Shown in pieces: positions 44,235 to 59,072 of a stretch of 64,000 nucleotides of DNA. Made by a program: the position numbers and the translations under genes. The notes under the pieces are model-generated. The model searched no databases. It worked only from the letters and a program-made list of their open reading frames with translations, and had not been told where the DNA came from. Location: NCBI GenBank assembly GCA_902610995.1, contig CACLXU010000003.1, forward strand, positions 1,598-65,597, written 5' to 3'. Position 1 is the stretch's first letter; every line of letters begins with the position of its first letter. This DNA comes from an uncultured SAR86 cluster bacterium. Its GTDB lineage: Bacteria > Pseudomonadota > Gammaproteobacteria > Magnimaribacterales > TMED112.

Positions 44235-45726
44235 TAAACTGAACTCTACCCATTATTATCACCTGAGGGATTATGGATAACACCATATTAATGACTGAAT
44301 AAATTACAACCCCAGCCGGCATGAACAAAAAGATAACAGTTATCATTGGTGGAAATACAACCATCATTTGTTGGGCTATTTGTGCTTGCATCCCCTGGGT
44401 CTGTGGTGGTTTTGGCATCATTTTTTGTGAACCATACATCATTAACCCCATAAGAATCGGAGTAATTAAAAATGGATCAGATTCAGCAAGATCAGGGATC
44501 CATAGAAACGAAGCACCCCTGAACTCAAACGCTTCTCTAGTAACCCAAAACATAGCAATAAAAATCGGCAGCTGTGCAAACAATGGCAAACACCCAGCCG
44601 CTGGATTAAACTTTTCTTTTCTGTAAAGCTGTGTCATCTCCATTGCAAGTTTTTGTTGGTCGTTCTTATATTCTTGTTGTATTTCTGCAAGCCTTGGAGA
44701 AAGCCGTCTCATTTTTACCATGGAATTAATTTGCATTATCTGAAGTGGAGACAAAACAATTTTAAAAAGAACGGTCAAAAGAACTATCGCAACTCCCCAG
44801 TTTTGCACAAACCCATATAAAAAATTCATGACAACTATGAAAAATTCACCTATCCCAAAAACAAAACCAAGATCTAGGTTGTATTTAAAGTGAGGCGCAA
44901 TTTTTTCGAGAACTTCTTTCTTTTTGGGTCCCAGATAGAGGTTGGTTGTGCTTTCGAGAACCCCTTCTGAACTTACCATTTGCTCTTCAAACCCAAACCT
45001 AAATAAACCATTAGCATCTTCGGGGTACAGGGTGATTTTCTGATTATCCAAACTATCAAAAACTGCAACCACAAAATGCTTTTGTGAATGTCCAACCCAA
45101 TGTCCTAAATAATCCTCTCTCGATTTTACAGAGGACAGCTGCTCATCATTAAAAACATCTTCAGTGGTGCTATAAGCCAAATGGTCTCTAGAGAATGCTG
45201 TTCCATAATCCACAGACTTGTTTCTGTTTCTATAAAAGGTTTTAAAAATATTTACTGAACCATATGCAGGCACCGACAAAAATAACTTATCCTTAATATC
45301 TACAACATGCCCACCTGAAAGCTTAAATGTTTTCTCAAGCCTGTTGCCAGCCCCATCAACGGATGAAATTATTAGGGTGTCTGAAAGCCGCTCTTGAACC
45401 ACAAAGTCTTTACCAGAAAACCCAGATACGTTTGTTCTAAAATAAAACCGTAGCAAATCGTCATCTGAAAGGAGCCTTGTTTTATATAGGCCATCTCGCT
45501 CCGCTGTTTCCATAATAAATGCATTTTTAATTGACCCATCTCTTAGGTCGACGTAAATCTCAAGTTCATTGTTTGATATTTTTTCCTGGCTAGCATTTAC
45601 AGCCAGATTCTGAACATAGACAGAGGTGTTTGTTTTTTCATCTTTGTTGATGTTGCCCCAATCAAAAACCAACAACAACACAAAAACCATTGTTAAAATT
45701 AAAAAAACACTTCTTGGATTAACCAT
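44209..45726 (-). CDS. yidC: Membrane protein insertase YidC
   Basis: Y.GPK, NWG.AI..LT, NP..GCLP...Q.PIF and WI.DL...DP motifs. Confidence 0.95.
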   Translation of the reverse strand: MVNPRSVFLILTMVFVLLLVFDWGNINKDEKTNTSVYVQNLAVNASQEKISNNELEIYVDLRDGSIKNAFIMETAERDGLYKTRLLSDDDLLRFYFRTNVSGFSGKDFVVQERLSDTLIISSVDGAGNRLEKTFKLSGGHVVDIKDKLFLSVPAYGSVNIFKTFYRNRNKSVDYGTAFSRDHLAYSTTEDVFNDEQLSSVKSREDYLGHWVGHSQKHFVVAVFDSLDNQKITLYPEDANGLFRFGFEEQMVSSEGVLESTTNLYLGPKKKEVLEKIAPHFKYNLDLGFVFGIGEFFIVVMNFLYGFVQNWGVAIVLLTVLFKIVLSPLQIMQINSMVKMRRLSPRLAEIQQEYKNDQQKLAMEMTQLYRKEKFNPAAGCLPLFAQLPIFIAMFWVTREAFEFRGASFLWIPDLAESDPFLITPILMGLMMYGSQKMMPKPPQTQGMQAQIAQQMMVVFPPMITVIFLFMPAGVVIYSVINMVLSIIPQVIIMGRVQFSDGSGGGG

Positions 45727-46036
45727 TTTTTAAGTAGCTTAAAAACTCCTCCACTTTAGGGTCACAGTCAGCTTTAAATTTTACCAGAAAATTATAACCA
45801 TCACTTAAAGATTTATTTTTCCTAAAAATTTCCTTAGTTTTTCTTCTAATTTCATTTCTTCTAACCGCACTCTTTACAACCCTTTTTGGTATTGATACAA
45901 GAACTGCGCTCCCCTCTCCTGTTTTTTGCTTATAGATAAAAATTTGATTTGAAATTTTAGAAGAATCCCAAGAAAACATTTCTTTTGATATTTTTTTCAA
46001 TTTACTTTTCTTGTTTAGGGGGGGAATTGTTTTCAA
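45719..46036 (-). CDS. rnpA: Ribonuclease P protein component (divergent)
   Basis: S.PKR..KSAVRRN..RR motif; lies between rpmH and yidC; probable TTG start at 46036. Confidence 0.8.
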   Translation of the reverse strand: MKTIPPLNKKSKLKKISKEMFSWDSSKISNQIFIYKQKTGEGSAVLVSIPKRVVKSAVRRNEIRRKTKEIFRKNKSLSDGYNFLVKFKADCDPKVEEFLSYLKNG

Positions 46037-46043
46037 ACCGTAG

Positions 46044-46178
46044 TCACACAGAGAGCGATTTTCTTCCTTTTGATCTTCTGTTGGACAATATCGACCTTCC
46101 TGCCTTTGAAGACATTCTTTCACGAAAACCATGTGTTCGTTTTCTTTTTAAGTTTGTTACTTTTAGTGTTCTTTTCAT
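46044..46178 (-). CDS. rpmH: 50S ribosomal protein L34 (not in the ORF track)
   Basis: [44 protein letters not shown]. Confidence 0.95.
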   Translation of the reverse strand: MKRTLKVTNLKRKRTHGFRERMSSKAGRSILSNRRSKGRKSLSV

Positions 46179-46180
46179 TT

Positions 46181-46189
46181 TTATCCACA
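46181..46189 (+). promoter_or_regulatory. Perfect DnaA box in the rpmH-dnaA divergent promoter
   Basis: Exact TTATCCACA. Confidence 0.85.
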
Positions 46190-46258
46190 GTTTTTTAACA
46201 AATTAACAATATAGTTGTTACATGTTTTTAAAAGCTTTTGTATTATAAACTTATCGCG

Positions 46259-47557
46259 ATGTCTAACAAGGTTTCTACAATAAATATTTTTAATAAAGGT
46301 GTTCAACATCTTGAAAAACAACTCAACCAAACCGAATATAATTCTTGGGTAAAGCCATTACATTTCGAAATCAAAGAAAATAATTTCAACATATATGCAC
46401 CAAACTCCTTTATAGGTGACTTTTTTAGAGAAAAATACCTCCCAGTCATAACAGAGTTTTTAGAAAATCATATTGGACGAAATAAATTTATTCTCAATGT
46501 ATCTGTTGAAGATAAAACAAGTGAAAACAAAAATGTTACAGGCTTAAATCCGGGTTATGTGTTTGAAAATTTTGTTGAAGGCAAGTCAAACCAGGTTGCA
46601 CTGGCTGCAGCCAAACAAATTGCTGCTCAAGCAGACCTCACCGAATATAATCCAATGTTTTTGTATGGTGGAGTTGGGCTTGGCAAAACACACTTAATGC
46701 ATGCTATTGGCAACAAACTTCTCCAGGAAAGGCCAAATGCAAAAATCTGTTATGTACATTCTGAAAGATTTGTAAGCGATATGGTTAAAGCCCTTCAACT
46801 TGGAGCAATTAATGAATTTAAAAAATTCTACAGAAACCTAAATGCGTTGTTGATAGACGATATACAGTTTTTTGCTGGCAAAGAACAATCACAAGAAGAG
46901 CTTTTTCACACCTTCAATAGCCTAATTGAGGGCGGCAACCTTATGATCTTTTCGTGTGATCGATATCCAAAAGAAATTGAAGGTCTTGAGGAGAGATTAA
47001 AATCTCGTTTTGGTTGGGGCCTGTCTGTTGTTATTGATCCTCCAGCCCTTGAAACTAGAGCAGCAATTCTGTTAAAGAAAGCTGATGCAATGGATCTTGA
47101 GCTTCCAGATGATTGTGCATTCTTTATAGCACAACAGGTTAAATCAAATGTTAGAGAGCTTGAAGGAGCATTGAAAAGGGTTGCTGCAAATGCAAAGTTT
47201 GCTAAAACAAACATTGATATAAATCTAATTAAGGATTCATTAAGAGATGTGTTGGCTATCCAGGCAAAGATGGTGTCTATATCAAATATACAGCGGGTTG
47301 TTGCTGACTATTTCAATATAAAAATGAGCGAACTTCTTTCAAAAAGAAGAAACAGATCTATAACAAGACCAAGGCAAATTGCAATGGCTCTTTCAAAAGA
47401 GCTTACAAATCACAGCCTCCCAGAGATTGGTGAAGCTTTTGGTGGCAGAGATCACACAACTGTTATTCATGCATGTGAAAAAACGAAAGAATTGATACAA
47501 ACTAATTTAGAAATCGAAGAAGATTATAAAAAACTCAGAAGAACACTTTCAGCATAA
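46259..47557 (+). CDS. dnaA: Chromosomal replication initiator DnaA
   Basis: [16 protein letters not shown] and GGRDHTTV motifs. Confidence 0.98.
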   Translation: MSNKVSTINIFNKGVQHLEKQLNQTEYNSWVKPLHFEIKENNFNIYAPNSFIGDFFREKYLPVITEFLENHIGRNKFILNVSVEDKTSENKNVTGLNPGYVFENFVEGKSNQVALAAAKQIAAQADLTEYNPMFLYGGVGLGKTHLMHAIGNKLLQERPNAKICYVHSERFVSDMVKALQLGAINEFKKFYRNLNALLIDDIQFFAGKEQSQEELFHTFNSLIEGGNLMIFSCDRYPKEIEGLEERLKSRFGWGLSVVIDPPALETRAAILLKKADAMDLELPDDCAFFIAQQVKSNVRELEGALKRVAANAKFAKTNIDINLIKDSLRDVLAIQAKMVSISNIQRVVADYFNIKMSELLSKRRNRSITRPRQIAMALSKELTNHSLPEIGEAFGGRDHTTVIHACEKTKELIQTNLEIEEDYKKLRRTLSA

Positions 47558-47559
47558 TT

Positions 47560-48653
47560 ATGAGGTTTTCAGTTCAAAAAGAAGACATAATTCATCAACT
47601 TCAATCTTTGGCAGCAGTTGCAGACAAAAAACAAACTCTACCAATATTAAGTAATGTTTACATAAGGTGCGAAGATAATGAGCTTGTGCTCAAAAGCACT
47701 GATTTAGAGGTTGAGCTTGAATTTAAATGTGCAGCGACCATCCAGCAAGATGGAGAAACAACAATTCCGGCCAAAAAAGTTGCTGATATTGTAAGAGAAC
47801 TACCTGACGGCCAAATTAATTTTGAATTAAATGATGACTCTAGCAAAATGCAAGTACAATCTTCAACAGGAAAATATAATCTTGCTACACAAGAAGCAGG
47901 AGACTTTCCTGACTTTGATACTGTTCCATCAGACAACACATTTAATATAAATTCAGATAATCTAATTTCACTTATACAAAAAACATCTTTTGCTATGGCC
48001 AATCAAGACTGGAGACATTACCTAAATGGCTGCTTAATTCAAAAAAATATGAATGAATTAAATATGGTTGCAACTGATGCACACAGACTAGCAGTTTATA
48101 AATTAGAACAAGTTGATGAAGGAGATTTCTCTGGAATTATTCCGAGAAAAACAATAATTGAATTAACAAAAATTCTTCCCAAAAGTGATGAGCAAATACA
48201 GTTCTACATTAATGCAAATAATATAGTATTTATGTATAAAAATTTTACATTTAAATCTAAACTTGTAGATGGAAACTACCCAGACTACACAAAAGTCATA
48301 CCGTCTGGAAATGGCCTTGAAATCAGCCTTGACAGAAAAAGTTTAATTGAAACATTGTCAAGAGTATCAGTGCTTTCTAGTGAAAAGTTTAAAGGTGTGA
48401 AACTAAAAACCAATGAGGGAAAATTGGAGGTATCTGCTCATAATCCTGACCAAGAATCAGCAGAAGAATTATTAGAATTAGATTCATCATCTGATGGTTT
48501 TGATGTTGCTTTTAACGTAAATTATCTTAGAGAAGTTTTGTCTACAATTGAGGATGAAAAGATTAAATTAATTAGTTTTGGGACTGATAAAAGTGCTCTT
48601 ATTGAAAGTTCTGACGAGAAACAAACATTGGTTTTGATGCCTTTGTTACTTTA

Positions 48654-48654
<1 letters not shown>
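47560..48654 (+). CDS. dnaN: DNA polymerase III beta clamp
   Basis: LPILSN, TDLE, VATDAHRL and G.YPDY motifs. Confidence 0.97.
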
Positions 48655-52985
<4,331 letters not shown>

Positions 52986-53032
52986 AATATATTCCTTAAA
53001 TATCTAATAAAAGCTATTCTATAACTTTAAGA

Positions 53033-53845
53033 ATGTTTCTCATACTCTTCAAATTAATTTCGATTCTGCCAATACCTGTTTTAAATCTATTCTCAAAATT
53101 ACTTTCATTTTTATTTAATACACTAAATCTTGAGCAAAAGAGATCTACAATAAAGAATCTTAAGCACACAAATATGCTTAGTGCTGTCTCGATAAATGAC
53201 AGCATACAGCTTACGAGTGAGACATTTTTAGAGTATCCCTATCTTTGGGGGCACCCAGACAACTATAAAAAACTGCTTGAGGTTCCAGAAAAAAAAATAT
53301 TCGCAGACTCCTCTAATCCGAAGTTAATCTTCACTCTTCATATGGGTTGTGTTGATGTAATGTTATTTTATGTTTCTGATATCCTAAAAAACCTTAACAT
53401 TATTTTTACTGCAACAAAAAATAAGGATTTAGATAACTTTGTTAAAGAAATTAGAGAGAGCAGGGGGGCCTCACTTCATACTGCGAATCCAACAGGTATG
53501 GCCAAATTTTTCAAAAATTTTTTGAGGGGAGAAAATACAATTATTGCTACTGATTTGGTTCCGCACAGTACGGGCAAATATTCAAAATTTTTTGGCCAAG
53601 AATGTTACTCATTAGATATAATCGAAAAACTTTCAAATAAAAAAACTCATGATTTATACTTTGTTTATCTAACACCCGGTACAACAAAAAAATATAAATT
53701 AAATATTGAATATATTGCAAACCCAATAAATACAGATGAAATGAATAAGTGTTTTGAAAGAGCAATTCTTCAGAATCCAGAAATGTATGGTTGGGAATAC
53801 AAAAAATTTAAGAAACTATCTGGAAAACCCAGGGCTATATATTAA
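53033..53845 (+). CDS. Lipid A/lysophospholipid acyltransferase (LpxL family)
   Basis: HxxxxD motif (HMGCVD), FFG and P..Y.W.YK.FK; synteny between glyRS and trk. Confidence 0.8.
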   Translation: MFLILFKLISILPIPVLNLFSKLLSFLFNTLNLEQKRSTIKNLKHTNMLSAVSINDSIQLTSETFLEYPYLWGHPDNYKKLLEVPEKKIFADSSNPKLIFTLHMGCVDVMLFYVSDILKNLNIIFTATKNKDLDNFVKEIRESRGASLHTANPTGMAKFFKNFLRGENTIIATDLVPHSTGKYSKFFGQECYSLDIIEKLSNKKTHDLYFVYLTPGTTKKYKLNIEYIANPINTDEMNKCFERAILQNPEMYGWEYKKFKKLSGKPRAIY

Positions 53846-55278
53846 TTTTTCCAAAATGATGGAAAAAACAAGATCAGCACTCCAAAGAGCTCCAGCCTTC
53901 CAACTATCATCGCAAATGCAAGAGTACACTTCCCCAAATCCGTAAGAGAAGAATAATTTTCAGAAAAAACCCCCAAACCAGGGCCTAAATTATTTATTGC
54001 TGCTGTTGTCGCAGAGAATGCAGAATAAAAATCAATGTCTTGAAAAATCAAAATAAATAAAAACAATAAAAAGAAAGCAATATAAAATGCTATGAAAGCA
54101 AAAACTGATTCTATCTGACTACTCTCAATTTTAACCCCATTTATCTTAGAGGTGCTTACAGCGTTTGGATGCATCAATTTAGTTATACTGTCAACAGCAA
54201 CCCTCAGCAAAATCAGAATTCTCCATGCTTTCATGCCTCCCCCCACCGATCCAGAGCAAGCACCAATAAAGGCAACAATAAAAATAAAAAATGGCACTGC
54301 TTGACCAAAACCATCAAGAGGAATCAGAGTAAAACCTGAAGTTGTAACAATCGAAATAGTTTGGAAAAGACCATAACGTAGTGCATCAGACAATACAAAC
54401 TCTTCTTTTAGAAGCAACAAGAGAATAGAAACAACTATGGCAGAGATAAGAATAATTAAGAAGAATATAAATTCGTCATTTTTTAGATAGCTTGTAAATC
54501 TAAACTTAGTTACTGCTAGAAAATGAAGTCCGAAGTTGGTTGAAGATATAATCATAAAACCAATAGCCACTAGCTCAATACCTGTGTTTTGAAAATGACC
54601 AAAATTTTGATCATAAGTTGAGAATCCTCCTATAGAGACTGTACTAAAACTATGTGCAAATGCATCAAATAGCGACATACCAGCAAACCAGTAAGCGCTC
54701 ACACACAGGAAAGTGATTATCAAATAAAACATCAAAAGTGATCTTGCTGTCTCTCTTAAACGTGGTGAGAAACTTTTTTCTGCAAAACCAGATGTTTCAG
54801 CTTGCAAAACCTTAACTCCTCCAGAAACCGCAGGGATTATTGCCAATACAACAATTACTAAACCAACACCCCCTGCCCATTGAAGCAATTGTCTGTACAT
54901 CAACAAATAATTTGGCAACTCAGATAAACTTGATATTGAAGTAGAACCAGTTGTTGTAAGTCCTGATACTGCTTCAAAAAATGAATCAACATAACTCATT
55001 CCAAATGAGTAAAAAGGCAAAGCTGCTATCAAAGAAACTAAAACCCAACTAACAAATGTAATTAGAAAACCATCTCTTGGCGTGTAAATAAATTTCTGTT
55101 TTCTGAGAGTAAACCTTATTACAAGTGAGTAAAAAATACTTAAAAGCAGAATTATTAACAGACCATTGTCTGCAATATTGTCAAAATAACTAATCATATA
55201 AGAGGGCAGAACAACCAACATAGAGAAAAATAGAAAAATAGGCCCTAAAAACCTAAGTACTTTTAGGAGTGTTGTCAT
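53842..55278 (-). CDS. trkH: Trk potassium uptake membrane protein
   Basis: SGLTTTG, SIGGF, TTSGF, GSVGGG.K and NNLGPG motifs. Confidence 0.95.
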   Translation of the reverse strand: MTTLLKVLRFLGPIFLFFSMLVVLPSYMISYFDNIADNGLLIILLLSIFYSLVIRFTLRKQKFIYTPRDGFLITFVSWVLVSLIAALPFYSFGMSYVDSFFEAVSGLTTTGSTSISSLSELPNYLLMYRQLLQWAGGVGLVIVVLAIIPAVSGGVKVLQAETSGFAEKSFSPRLRETARSLLMFYLIITFLCVSAYWFAGMSLFDAFAHSFSTVSIGGFSTYDQNFGHFQNTGIELVAIGFMIISSTNFGLHFLAVTKFRFTSYLKNDEFIFFLIILISAIVVSILLLLLKEEFVLSDALRYGLFQTISIVTTSGFTLIPLDGFGQAVPFFIFIVAFIGACSGSVGGGMKAWRILILLRVAVDSITKLMHPNAVSTSKINGVKIESSQIESVFAFIAFYIAFFLLFLFILIFQDIDFYSAFSATTAAINNLGPGLGVFSENYSSLTDLGKCTLAFAMIVGRLELFGVLILFFPSFWKN

Positions 55279-56615
55279 TTGTACTTATTATAGAACGAAT
55301 CAAATGCAGATTTATCTTTATAAAATATTAAAAGATGGTCTCCCTCTTTTATTTCTGTGACACCATGAGCCATCAAAACCTTATCTTCTCTACAAATAGC
55401 AGGGATATTCATGGATCCGTTTAAACCTAAATCAACAATCCTCTTTCCAATTATTTTTTTTATCGAGTCATCAACATTCATTTCAATAACTTCTGCAGCT
55501 CCTTTCTTCACTTTGTGAGCATTAAATACCAGCCCTTTCCTGATGTATTTTAAAATATGTGAAACTGTTATTTGAACTGGAGATATAATTATATCCAAAT
55601 CGTTTCGATCCATTAGGTCAAAATAAGCTTCTTTATTAATAATGGTTATTGTTTTCTTTGCTCCAAGCTTTTTAGCCATAAGAGAACATATAACATTAGT
55701 TTCGTCATCCTGAGTAACTGCAATAAAAACATCGCAATCGTTTATCCCTTCGCTGGACAAAAATTCTTTATCAGCTGCGTCTGCATTAAGAATCAATATA
55801 TTGTCTAATTCTTCAGCAGCTTCTTCACATTGCTCTTGATCCTTTTCTATAACCTTTACATTAAAATCTTCATAAATTTTAGTTGCTAATGATTTACCAA
55901 TATTTCCACAACCAGCAATATCAATATTTTTATACTTCTCTTCTAGTTTTTGTAATTCTCTTGTGACTTGTTCGATGTGTTTTTCGTCAGCTACGAAATA
56001 AACCTCATCATCCTTCTGAATAATAGTTTCTCCGTTTGGAATAATTAGCTCTTCATCTCTATAAATAGCAGGAATTCTTGTTTCGTAATCGGGCAAATGA
56101 TCTCTAAGTTCTCTAATTTGTTTGCCAACCAACAAACCAGACTCTTTGGCATATACACTCACCAACTTCAATCTATTATCAACAAAGTCCAAAATTTCTA
56201 GAGATCCAGGGTGGTGAAGTAATTCTTTTATTTCCTCCGTAATCAAATTCTCTGGATTAATAAAATAATCAACACCACTTGCAATATCTTGGGATATCTT
56301 TTCATAATCTGATCCAATCAACCTACAAACAACTTTGCCAACATTAAATTTTGATTTAGCAACTATTGAAGCTAAAAGATTTACTTCCTCTGAGTCTGTC
56401 AGACACAAAAGCAATGTATCGTCGTCAAGATTTGCTTTTTTTAATGTTGATGGAGAAGAAGCATTACCATTTATTGTCAAGATGCCTTCTTTAGAACTTA
56501 AAGAATCAAGATTTTCTTGATTGTTATCAATAACAATCACATCATTTTCTTCAGTAGATAGCTCATTGGCTACACTGCCACCAATCGAACCGCCACCAAG
56601 AATAACTATTTTCAA
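55275..56615 (-). CDS. trkA: Trk potassium uptake regulatory subunit
   Basis: Two RCK domains, each with a GxGxxG motif. Confidence 0.95.
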   Translation of the reverse strand: MKIVILGGGSIGGSVANELSTEENDVIVIDNNQENLDSLSSKEGILTINGNASSPSTLKKANLDDDTLLLCLTDSEEVNLLASIVAKSKFNVGKVVCRLIGSDYEKISQDIASGVDYFINPENLITEEIKELLHHPGSLEILDFVDNRLKLVSVYAKESGLLVGKQIRELRDHLPDYETRIPAIYRDEELIIPNGETIIQKDDEVYFVADEKHIEQVTRELQKLEEKYKNIDIAGCGNIGKSLATKIYEDFNVKVIEKDQEQCEEAAEELDNILILNADAADKEFLSSEGINDCDVFIAVTQDDETNVICSLMAKKLGAKKTITIINKEAYFDLMDRNDLDIIISPVQITVSHILKYIRKGLVFNAHKVKKGAAEVIEMNVDDSIKKIIGKRIVDLGLNGSMNIPAICREDKVLMAHGVTEIKEGDHLLIFYKDKSAFDSFYNKYK

Positions 56616-57553
56616 TTCAAACTATCCCCTACAGAAATTATATCCCTTTTTGAATTAAAGAAATCTTTAGCGCTAATTATTTTCTTCCCAGGAAATTGTA
56701 AATCAGTTATTAATATGCAGCCATTATTGCAAAAAACGCCTATAGAGTCTTTATTAACATGCGCTATTGTCCCAGCATGGCCTCTTTTGTTAGGGTCTAT
56801 TAGCATGTCATGGATTTTTATTTTTTGGTTTTGAAATATAAAAAAAGTTTGTGGCCAATTCTTAAAAGCTTTAAATTTTCTATGGATATCCTGATAATTA
56901 TTTTTCCAATTTACTTCGCCTTCTTCTTTAGTGATTTTATTTGCAGTTGAAGCAAGGGCATGGTTTTGTTCTTTAGGTTTAAGGCTTTCAAAAACTATCT
57001 TTTTGATTACCGAATTCAGATTTTCTAGGGACAGATTAATTAATTTCTTCTCTACCTCGTAAAAATCAAGGTCTTTAATTGTAGCTTTGCTTTGAAAATA
57101 TAGGGGCCCAGCATCCATTTGTTCATTTAATTTCATAAAACTTACACCAGATTCATAATCCCCCTTCTCAATGCACCTTTGGATAGGGGAGGCGCCCCTG
57201 TAGAGTGGCAAAAGTGAAAAGTGAACATTTAAACAACCGAACTTTGGATAATCTAAGATCCATTTAGGCAAAATTTGACCGTAAGCCACAACTACCAGTA
57301 AATCAATTTCATATTTCATCACCTCATCTACAAACTTTTTTTGTTTTAGATTGCTAGGTGTAAAAGTTTTAACACTTAGAGATTGATCTTGAAGAGAATA
57401 ATTGCTTTTAAGCATTCCTCTTCCTGACTTTGATACTGGTTGAGTCAAAATATACTGAATATCAAACTCCTTATCTTGAGCCAATTCTTGATAATGATAA
57501 AAAGCTAATTCCGGTGTCCCGGCAAAACCAATTTTAATTTTTGGGGCTGTCAT
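56612..57553 (-). CDS. fmt: Methionyl-tRNA formyltransferase
   Basis: FAGTP, VVAYG, NVH.SLLP.YRGASPI and MDAG motifs. Confidence 0.96.
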   Translation of the reverse strand: MTAPKIKIGFAGTPELAFYHYQELAQDKEFDIQYILTQPVSKSGRGMLKSNYSLQDQSLSVKTFTPSNLKQKKFVDEVMKYEIDLLVVVAYGQILPKWILDYPKFGCLNVHFSLLPLYRGASPIQRCIEKGDYESGVSFMKLNEQMDAGPLYFQSKATIKDLDFYEVEKKLINLSLENLNSVIKKIVFESLKPKEQNHALASTANKITKEEGEVNWKNNYQDIHRKFKAFKNWPQTFFIFQNQKIKIHDMLIDPNKRGHAGTIAHVNKDSIGVFCNNGCILITDLQFPGKKIISAKDFFNSKRDIISVGDSLN

Positions 57554-58046
57554 CCTTTTTTCTTTGAAGCTTGCTCTTAATTCTGTCTCTTTTCAAAGGA
57601 GATAGATAGTCAACCATAAGCTTGCCCTCTAGATGATCAATTTCATGTTGAACGCACACACTTAAGACACCCTCGGCAATCTCAACATGTTGTTTGCCTT
57701 CAAGGTCTTGGAATGTAAGCTCTATTTTTTTAGGTCTGTAAATATCCTCAAAAAAAGAGGGAACTGATAAGCAACCTTCTTTAAAATGTTCAATAGTATC
57801 GTCCAAAACCTTAAAGGTTGGGTTTACTAAAAAATATGGATCATTTTGTTCATCAGAAACATCAATAACGATAAGTCTTTTATGGAAATCAACTTGTGTT
57901 GCTGCTAAACCTATTCCATTTGATTCATACATCGTAAAAAGCATATCTTCTGCAAAATTTTTTAAATTTTCATCAAAAACTGTGATTGGTGAAGCTTTTT
58001 TTCTTAACCTTGGGTCAGGAAATGTTAGTATGTTTAGCTTATTCAT
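57534..58046 (-). CDS. def: Peptide deformylase
   Basis: GIGLAATQ, EGCLS and QHEIDHL motifs. Confidence 0.97.
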   Translation of the reverse strand: MNKLNILTFPDPRLRKKASPITVFDENLKNFAEDMLFTMYESNGIGLAATQVDFHKRLIVIDVSDEQNDPYFLVNPTFKVLDDTIEHFKEGCLSVPSFFEDIYRPKKIELTFQDLEGKQHVEIAEGVLSVCVQHEIDHLEGKLMVDYLSPLKRDRIKSKLQRKKDDSPKN

Positions 58047-58069
58047 TATTTAATTATAATTTTATATAT
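58047..58069. promoter_or_regulatory. Minimal bidirectional promoter def/purE
   Basis: A 23-bp gap containing ATTATAAT, which reads TATAAT on both strands, 6 nt before the def ATG and 9 nt before the purE ATG. Confidence 0.55.
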
Positions 58070-58567
58070 ATGGACAAAATAGATGTTGCAGTAATTTTAG
58101 GGTCTGATTCTGACCTAGAGCTTGGAAAAGCAGCAATTGAATCGTTGAAATCATTCGGATTAGCATGTGAGTTAAAAGTAATTTCTGCTCACAGATCTCC
58201 AGATGTCTTGGTTGAGTTTTTAAAAACCTCACAAGCTAGTGGCTGTAGAGCCTATATAGCAATAGCTGGTATGGCAGCCCATCTTGCAGGAGCTGTAGCT
58301 GCTCATTCAACAAAACCAGTCTTGGGTGTTCCTTCAGACAACAGCTCTTTAAATGGGCTTGATGCAATACTTTCGACACTCCAGATGCCAGCTGGTGTTC
58401 CAGTTGCAACTTTTGCTGCAGGCAAAGCAGGAGCTACAAATGCAGGAATATTTGCCGCTCAAATGATTGCAACAACAGATGAAAGTCTTGCTCAGAAGAT
58501 GAGTAGTTTTAAAGCAGATTTAAGAGAAAAAACAATTCTCAAAGATAAAAACCTTGATAGAAGTTAA
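58070..58567 (+). CDS. purE: AIR carboxylase/N5-CAIR mutase PurE
   Basis: GSDSD, SAHR.P, AG.AAHL and QMP.GVPVAT motifs. Confidence 0.95.
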   Translation: MDKIDVAVILGSDSDLELGKAAIESLKSFGLACELKVISAHRSPDVLVEFLKTSQASGCRAYIAIAGMAAHLAGAVAAHSTKPVLGVPSDNSSLNGLDAILSTLQMPAGVPVATFAAGKAGATNAGIFAAQMIATTDESLAQKMSSFKADLREKTILKDKNLDRS

Positions 58568-59072
58568 GAGTCCTTCTACTGCTGCTGGATGGATAAAACA
58601 TGAAAAAATTATTGCCTATCCAACTGAGGGAGTTTGGGGATTAGGAAGTTTAAACAAAAAGCATTTAATCGAAGAACTTAACAAGATCAAAGGCAGAGAT
58701 AAAGAAAAAAAATATATCCTCCTTTTCCAGAGCATCGAACATGCATTTAATAGGCTCGAAATTAACCACAAGTTCAAAGACAAAATTAATAAGCTTTCAA
58801 AATCTTTCACAACAATTATCGTTCCAACACACGATGAAACTGTGGCTATTAGAATCCCAAAATATAAAGTGCTCATAGATCTTCTCGATAATGTTGGTAG
58901 TGAAATCATTTCAACTTCAGCAAATATTTCAGGTCAACCTGCCTGTAAAAATACTTCTGAAGTAAAAAAGGTTTTTTCGAATAAAATTTTTGGTATATTA
59001 GCTCTTCCGTTAGGTGGTGAAAAAGGTCCCTCAAGAATTTTTGATGTAAAAAATAATAGTTATGTTAGATAA
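58554..59072 (+). CDS. tsaC: Threonylcarbamoyl-AMP synthase
   Basis: AYPTE.VWGL, K.R...K and STSAN.SG motifs. Confidence 0.92.
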   Translation: MIEVKSPSTAAGWIKHEKIIAYPTEGVWGLGSLNKKHLIEELNKIKGRDKEKKYILLFQSIEHAFNRLEINHKFKDKINKLSKSFTTIIVPTHDETVAIRIPKYKVLIDLLDNVGSEIISTSANISGQPACKNTSEVKKVFSNKIFGILALPLGGEKGPSRIFDVKNNSYVR

